In this document: in pieces, positions 12,205 through 64,000 of the stretch
Layout of the letters: each line of letters starts with the position of its first letter
How positions within the stretch are numbered: position 1 is the stretch's first letter
Source: Okamejei kenojei
Taxonomy: Eukaryota
DNA: 64,000 nt
Assembly (NCBI GenBank): GCA_035221665.1
Contig: CM069156.1
Coordinates: 28,768,001-28,832,000 of the forward strand
Direction of reading: 5' to 3'
Translations under genes and position numbers: made by a program
The notes under the pieces: model-generated
Told to the model about the DNA's origin: nothing
Database searches by the model: none
The model's input: the letters and a program-made list of their open reading frames with translations, nothing else

Positions 12205-12490
12205 TTCAAAGATACAGCGTGGAAACAGGCCCTTCGGCCCCTCGAGTCCGTACCGACCATCGATCACCCATTCACACTGGTTCTATGTTATCCCACTTTC
12301 TCATCTACTCCCTACACACTAGGGGGCAAATTACAGAGGGCCAATTAACCTACAAACCCGCACGTCTTTGGGATGTGGGTGGAAACGGGAGCACCCGGAG
12401 GAAACCCACGCGGTCACAGGGAGAACGTGCAAACTCCACACAGATAGCACCGGAGACCAGGACCGAACCAGTGTCTCTGGCGCTGTGGGG
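12205..12490 (-). mobile_element. HE1-like V-SINE
   Basis: Reverse complement of the V-SINE core (GGAAACCCACGCGGTCACAGGGAGAACGTGCAAACTCCACACAGA). Confidence 0.8.
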
Positions 12491-12970
12491 CATTAATTGT
12501 AATGCTAATACTTGGGCCTCCGCTGATATGCCAGGATGATTACCCAATATTACTGATTATTAATCCATTGTATTATTGATTATATATGTTGCGCCTGTTC
12601 TCCTTTATCTGTACATTGTGAGCGGCTTGCTTGCATTCACCGGATAGCACGCAACAAAAGCTTTTCCCTGTACCTCGCTACAGGTGGCAATAGTAAACTA
12701 AATCAATCCATTTACAAGTATCTGTGTGTGGTTGCTTTAACCGGCCTGTTAAGGTGCAGCAACTGAGAATGTCATTGTCCTGATGTTGCTGCACGCGACA
12801 ACTAAACACTCTCGTCTTCATTCTACACTTGAAATGACCACAATGACATTTAAACGGCATTTGGACAGGTACACGTGTAGGAAGGAACTGCAGATGCTGG
12901 TTTAAACCGATAGACATAAAGTGCTGGAGTAACTCAGCGGGTCAGGCAGCATCTCTGGAGGGAAGGAATG

Positions 12971-13004
12971 GGTGACGTTTCGGGTCAAGACCCTTCTTCA
13001 GACT
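12971..13004 (-). ncRNA. Minimal hammerhead ribozyme-like core in a Penelope-derived repeat
   Basis: Minus strand reads AGU-CUGAAGA-AGGGUC-UU-GACCC-GAAA-CG-UC-ACC: intact CUGANGA and GAAA boxes, stem II, palindromic ACGU and a GUC cleavage triplet. Confidence 0.55.
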
Positions 13005-13402
13005 GAAGGGCAGGTTAATTGGCTTGGTACAAGTGTAAATTGTCCCTAGAGCGTTTAGGATAGTGTTAATGTGCGGGATTCGCTGGTCGGTGCAGACTCG
13101 GTGGGCCGAAGAGCCTGTTTCCACGCTGTATCTCTAAACTGAACCCTATCCGGCTAGTAGGGCTGTGTAGGGCTGAGTGCCGGGACATGGTGATATCTGA
13201 CTGATCTCCACAAAGCCAATCATGTATCGAGCAGTGCTGCAGATCAATGGGCCTTTGGTGCTTGGAGTCGGTCCACAGACACAAAGAGGAAATTGGCTGT
13301 TACTCCGGCTTTTTGTGTCTATCAGCGACTTGGAGAGTGGGCTGGACAATGAGTGACACAGCTGGTCGCGGCTCCCCGATCTACGCTATTCCCATGCACC
13401 TA

Positions 13403-13534
13403 TGGACCTGTCCCACTAAGGTGACCGTCAGCGACTAGTTTTACAACATTCACCTACGACACCCTCCGACAGCAAAAATTGTTGCCATTGTCGCTTGTAG
13501 TCGCCCAAAAGATCGCCTAAGAGGGACAGGCCCT
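13403..13534. mobile_element. Short MITE with the same TIR family as 2428-2934
   Basis: Inverted ends GGACCTGTCCCACTAAGGTGACC ... GATCGCCTAAGAGGGACAGGCCCT. Confidence 0.6.
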
Positions 13535-15369
13535 TCAGGCTGCGGCTCGGTGCATCCTGGAGGACAACCAATGGCTGCTGGAAGTAGGTAGCAAGCACTG
13601 GGTAGAAACGGTGGAAGATAGTGGCCTTCAAATGTGGGTGGTTGGAGAAAGCATCCCGCTTGCCTGCTAGATTTTCACATACTGTAACTGCAGGAAAAAT
13701 GTTGGGAGAGTTCAGAACCAGGGGTCACAGTTTAAGAATAAAGGGTAGGCCAGTTAGGACTGAGATGAGGACAAACTTTCTTCACCCAGAGAGTTGTGAA
13801 TCTGTGGAATTCTCTGCCACAGAAGGCAGTGGAAGCCAATTCAATGGATGTTTTCAAGAAAGTTATATTTAGCTCTCGGGGCTCACGAAATCAAGGGATA
13901 TGGGGAAAAAACAGAAAAGAGGTACTGATTTTAGAAGAACAGCCATGATCATATTGAATGGCCTATTCCTGCATCTATTTTCTATGTTTCTATGCTTGAG
14001 TTTATGGCAATAAAACTCAACCACTTCATTTTGAAACATTCATGCATGGTGGAGGTCTAATGTAGTCATAGAGTGATACAATGTGATAATAGGCCCTTCG
14101 ACGCAACTTGCCCACACCCGCCAACATGCCCCAGCTACACTACCTTCTTTTGGTCCATATCCCTCCAAACCTGTCCTATCCATGTATCAGTCTAACTGTT
14201 TCTTAAATGATGGGATAGTCCCCGCCTCAACGATCTCCTCTGGCAGCTTGTTCCATACACCCACCACCCTTTGTGTGGAAAAAGTTACCCCTTAAAATGT
14301 TATCTCTTAAAAATACTTCAAACAAAAAACATTTAAATCATACTTCTGCAATGCACTAAAACACGATTTTAATACATCAAATTTCAAAAAGTCCCTACCC
14401 CAAAAAGTCCACTCCCTCACTGGGTATCCCCAAGACAAGTGATCAGTGGTCACTCAGCCCTCCCACTTTCAAAAATGCTCCATGGCCCCTGGTTCAGACA
14501 GAGAACCCTGCCAGATGTGAGCGGGAAACTGAGGCCAGTTGTCCGTGATGTATGGATCCCAATGCTCAGCACGTTGTATTTCGGAGTTGGCTAATGTTAT
14601 TAATTTTTAATTCGCGTGATGTAATTAGTTGACAAAACTTTAATCTATTAATCTGGAATATCCAGGGGGATGGGATGAGTGTAATATTAAGATGACATAC
14701 AAGGTGTCAGGCTGTCTGTCACAACAAACAGCCCCGATAACCCATTATTTCCTTCAGTTAAATATTGGAAAAGTAGCACTATTGTCATTTGCCACTCAAC
14801 TATGTTTGTTTACCTCACTGACTGTTTCTTTCTAACACCCCCCCCCTCCGGTCGCTGCGCTCCCTCGAGCTTGGTCTCTTGCAATTTCTCACTCCCAACT
14901 CTCACCCAATGTTGGCAGCCCTGCTTTCAAGAGAGAGTTAGATAGATCTCTTAAAGATAAAGGAGTCAAGGGATATGGGGAGAAGGCAGGAACGGGGTAC
15001 GGATTGTGGATGATCAGCCATGATCACAGTGAATGGCAGTGCTGGCTCGAAGGGCCGAAAGGCCTACTGCACCTATTGTCTATTATTAATAACTCGGATG
15101 TTTGACGATCAGTGCAATCCTGGGCAATATAGGCTCTGCTACAATCCAGCACGAGGCATCTGCAAAGTGAGTCCATTTGAGGAAAAAAAGCAAATGTCAG
15201 AAACCATGATCCAAGCACTTAGAACAGCCTCATTTAAGGAGCACCTATTAATACAATGTACAATTATAAAAAAGAGCTCGGGAAACTAGCTTCATTTCCA
15301 GGCTCGGTCATTTTGCTGTGACTATTTACTATGACTGTTTGCTGTGATTCTTAATTCATGGCTTATCAC

Positions 15370-17234
15370 TAGAGCCAGGATTTTGCCGTGCCTTTTCTGA
15401 TGACTTCACCAGGATAATGCCTTTTTCATGATCGAGTGCCTTAATCAGCCTTTTTTTGCCGTTTTGCTAAAAGTTCGTGCTATTTTCTCTAGTTGTACCA
15501 TGATTACAATGACGTTTTCTATGTTAACACGTTAATATTAATGTTATTATTCACATGTTAACATAGTATAACTTACACAAAAACTTCCACCACCGGGGCG
15601 AAACCATGGGTGCCACCATCGGTCATTCATTCGTTCATGCCGCTGCCCACTGGATCAGTCTTCTCCAAAATCTATTTAAGAAAGAACTGCAGATGCTGGA
15701 AAAATCAAAGGTAGACACAAAATGCTGGAGAAACTCAGCTGGTGAGGCAGCATCTATGGAGAGAAGGCCCTTCTTTGGACTGATGTGTGGGGGGGGGGGG
15801 GGGGGGGGGAGCGGGAAATGAATGGAAGAGGCAGAGACAGTAGGACTAGGAGAGCTGGGAAGGGGGAGGAGGGAGAAGAAAAGGGCTATCTAAAATTAGA
15901 GATCAATGTTGTCTCCTCACTACATTTACTGCTGGCTCCAGTTGTAAATCTGAGTTTGAGTGATCTGTGCAAGGCATTCATTGATGCTGGAATTCCACTG
16001 TGGAAATTGGAAAACAAATCTCAGAGGTGTTTTAGAAAAATACAGAGGAACCGATACCAAGCGAGTAATCATTACGGAAAAATTATGTTGACAGCAACAT
16101 CAACAATGTTGTGCAGAAAATTAGAGATGAAGTTGCATGCAACAAAATATGGATCTCAATAGATGAGACAACTGATGCTGTGGGGAGTTATGTTGCCAAT
16201 GTGGTAATCGGTACACTGGAGGCAAGTCTACCATCAAACGAGTTGACATCGGAAATATTGGAGAAGCCAAACAGCTCAACTATTGCTCAGTTGTTTACAT
16301 CTTCACTTGCTCTACTTTGGCCAGAAGGTATAAAACACGAGAATGTTCTTCTGTTTGTGACTTAAAGTTTTATTCCCCAAAATGTTGCATTTGACATGCT
16401 TAACTCAACGACTTCATAGAATTGCCAAGCATATACGTGGCTTGTTTCCAAATGTCGATCGCCTAGTTTGCAATGTCAAGAAAATCTTCCTCAAAGCACC
16501 GTCACATGTGCAGTTATTCAAGGAAATGGCACCCGAGATTCCGCTACCTCCTCAGCCAGTTTTGACTAGGTGGGGTACATGGCTCTCTGTACCTCAAATT
16601 TACCTCTACTATACCTCAAATTTTGAAAAGATAAAATCAACTGTTTTTGAAGAAGAAGAATCTGCTGCAGTCAGGATCGTCAGTGAAATCATGCAACAAA
16701 AGTCCCTCTAACGCGATCTTGTGTTTATTGCTTCCAATTTTTCAAACTTCCCATGAGAAACGTGGCAAAACATTAGTGAATAACCTGCAGGTTTTCAACA
16801 AAGTAACTGATGATATTCGTAAAGTTCCTGGCGATGTAAAGACATACAAGGAAAATGTGCGAGAGTGATTTTAGCTAACAAAGATCTTGAAGAAATAGAA
16901 AACATAGCTAAAGTTCTCAAAGGGAGTTGTAATGCACAAGATATCAACATGAATATAGAGTTTGTAATTTTTTATCGGGTATGCACCAGTGACTGCAGAG
17001 GGAAAGAAGTTTTTCACAACTGAAGCATATTCTGTCTGACAGACAGCATAGTTTAACACCAGATAATTTGGGAAAAATGCTAGTAATTATGTGCAACCAG
17101 GCAACTGTACTATCCTTTTTAAACCATATTTTGGTGGCGGAAATAAATGCATTATGCCTTTTTTGTCATTTAACTGCCTTTTTATGCCTTTTTGCCTGTT
17201 TTCAGTGTTTTAGTGCCTAAACATCCTGGCTCTA
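15370..17234 (+). mobile_element. hAT-superfamily transposon (hAT19/CGGBP1-like transposase, disrupted)
   Basis: Perfect 12-bp TIR TAGAGCCAGGAT, perfect 8-bp TSD CTTATCAC (15362-15369, 17235-17242) and subterminal TGCCTTTT repeats. Frameshifted ORFs read LCKAFIDAGIPLWKLEN, KIWISIDETTD, HLTCLTQRLHRIA and PLPPQPVLTRWGTWL. Confidence 0.9.
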
Positions 17235-17589
17235 CTTATCACAGGTGCAGGAAACAAGTACAAGGAGAGGCACCCAAAGATCCCACTCCAGATTCATTCC
17301 CCGGGGAAACGGGAATGAAATGAGGATTAATATCCCACTGGTAATATTCAGAAAGTGTCCATCTATATTGCTCACAAGGATTTGAAAAACAGGAAGAACT
17401 TTCTAACTTGGGTTCTTAAAAAGTACTAGTTGCTAATACAGGTTGTAATTAAGTGACCAAATATATGGACACGTTTCTACCCTCAGTTTATGATGAATGC
17501 ACATGACACTTCTGACAAGTTCTGTTCAAGCCCAGAGAGAAGCATTAGTGTCCAGCTGCTGAAGAAATGAATAATGCACAGACAACAGT

Positions 17590-18417
17590 GGAGATTCAGA
17601 GTCCTGTTATTTTATTTTCAATCTGTTTTCAAATTGCACAAAAACAGGACCATTTAATTAATTCTTTATTCTGTACACTCAAAGACAGTGACCTAACACA
17701 CCACAATATCCAGCAAACGCAAGACCTTAGCACAGGAGTTCGAAAGACCGGTTTTGGGGAGTTTATGGTCCCACATCAGCACTGTATTAGCACAACGAGG
17801 CCATACATAACCATGGAAGGAGTGAATGATGTAGTAGAATTTTTTAAAACTTCCACGAGTTTAAACAGAGCCTGCATAGATCGGGATGAGCCCACCATTT
17901 AAATCAATGAGTCAGGTGAACCTATTGTATGCCTTAGAAGTAAATTTCCAACTTTCAGGTCATGGTGTTGGTGCACTGTGATTAGTGTTTCTTTTTTGCT
18001 CATCAACATCTTACAGGTAAGCAGCCAAGTCCTGTACTCAGTTTAAGAATACAATGAGATTTACTTCCTTTAAATACAGCCCACAAGCTGCTCACACATT
18101 TGGGAGATACTACATTGAAGTATTGCCTCATTACATAGAGTGAAAATTAAATTCTTTACAACAGACTTTTGCAGGACAAGAGCTCACACCGAGAGCTTAA
18201 ATGAAACAACCATTCCCATCCAAAGAGAAAAATCACAATCTAATTACTGTGGAATGTGAGAAACAAGTTAGAGCTGTGATCCAAACACTTAGAACTAGAA
18301 AAAAAAGACTCAAGTCCTTCATGACATACAATATATAAAGAGCTTTACTTCCTCTTCCCCGTTGTGAGACGAAGGGAACCTGGCAGACATTGAGCAGATG
18401 GGTAGCTTGCGATTACC
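17590..18417 (-). other. CLTC: CLTC 3' UTR (3' end approximate)
   Basis: Repeat-free sequence between the stop and the poly(A) signals. Blocks such as CATGAAGGACTT, TCACATTCCACA and GGATATTGTGGTG resemble the mammalian UTR as I recall it. Confidence 0.7.
17611..17670 (-). terminator. CLTC polyadenylation signals
   Basis: AATAAA on the minus strand at 17665-17670 and 17611-17616, ~750-800 nt after the stop. Confidence 0.6.
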
Positions 18418-63019
<44,602 letters not shown>

Positions 63020-64000
63020 TCAATCTTTATTCTGCTCTCCACACATCCCCTTCTGATCTTTTAATGCCACAATTGATTACCTCTTGGTCAGCGGCACACA
63101 AACTAAATGATCTCAGCTGAAGTCAAATTTTAGTTTCAAATTGGTGAAGGATTAATTGAAGAGTCTTCAGGAACAGGTTGTTTTTGATACAAGCTTTTTA
63201 AACAGAAGAAGTGTGCAATAAAGGCATTTGAGCAATGCAGCATATATATATATATAGTTATTGTAAAAAGATTTAATTTTTACAAAATTGCACTACATAT
63301 GAATGGTGGCAGGCCCAAACCAGTCAGACATTCATCTGTATGCATTACTAGAACAAACCACAGCACTCAAGGATGGGAACATCTACAGCTAGCACTTAAA
63401 ATGAGCCTACACAGGTTTTCCTACTCGCAAGAAACAGATATGGACCAAGGTTATAGATTGAAAAACCATACATTCCTGGAATCTTGAAGCATTTTCAAGT
63501 TATCCTGTCCAAAAACCCACCCACAATTCAAAATGAATTACAAATTTAAGGCCAAAGTATTTCCAAATGTTTTCTACCCAAAGACTCAGCATCAAGTTTT
63601 ATTCAAAATCCAAAAATGGGACAGTTTGGTCTTCGCTAGTAGACTGCGACAATTGAAGATACATTGACGACATAAAGCACCATATTTACTCAATTGTGAC
63701 CAAAGGGAAATTAATCTAATTTCTGCAAACATAATGACCAAGTAGAGAGAAACACCTATTTATTTTGTTCCCATCCCAAATGTTTAATGATACACAACAC
63801 TATGCCAATCAAGATGCAAAATTTAGACTCAAAAAAGTTCTGTTCTGGTCCGGTTCATAAAGTGCAACTCATATTTGTGTGCCTATGCTTTTATAAGTCA
63901 GACCTAACAAAATGTAAGTTGGCAGGCTTCAAAAAGATTAAACTTATTATAATTCTGGCAGACTATAACCAGTGCAAACAAGTTTTGTTCAAAATCTTAA

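Larger units (their letters stand above)
11260..14923. mobile_element. hAT-like DNA element (13-bp TIR, 6-bp TSD) carrying nested SINE/LINE/MITE insertions
   Basis: TIR CAGGGCTGCCAAC...GTTGGCAGCCCTG, TSD CTTTCA (11254-11259, 14924-14929), and subterminal TCTCAC repeats. It splits a CR1 exactly at CTGGAGGCTTTCA|AGAGAGAG. Confidence 0.7.

Noticed and set aside
15785-16868. Transposase ORFs as a domesticated CGGBP1-like host gene
   Set aside because: Multiple frameshifts and deletions, with TIRs and TSD retained, indicate a dead transposon copy.

Overview
This is vertebrate genomic DNA, most likely a cartilaginous fish (skate/ray-like, judged from HE1-type V-SINEs plus abundant CR1 and Penelope repeats). 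It is the conserved VMP1-PTRH2-CLTC locus. A CpG-rich, probably bidirectional promoter (~900-1500) drives PTRH2 on + (non-coding exon 1, single coding exon 4355-4867) and probably VMP1 exon 1 on -. The clathrin heavy chain gene CLTC runs on - from exon 3 (62961) to its stop (18418). I delimited 30 constitutive exons by splice signals; they total 4775 nt with consistent phases, and exons 1-2 lie beyond the window. Best observations: (i) a 21-nt microexon (24872-24892, VDEIKKK) matching the mammalian muscle-specific CLTC exon 31, with candidate splicing-regulatory motifs; (ii) a GC-AG intron after exon 28; (iii) miR-1/206, miR-133 and QKI-type sites in the CLTC 3' UTR; (iv) minimal hammerhead-ribozyme cores in Penelope-derived repeats; (v) a hAT19/CGGBP1-like transposon with perfect TIRs and an 8-bp TSD; (vi) a 34-bp perfect palindrome flanked by an 8-bp direct repeat; (vii) layered nested insertions splitting an old duplicate of the PTRH2 3' region. 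I found no evidence of a wholly new gene system. Comparisons with human are from memory and need database confirmation.
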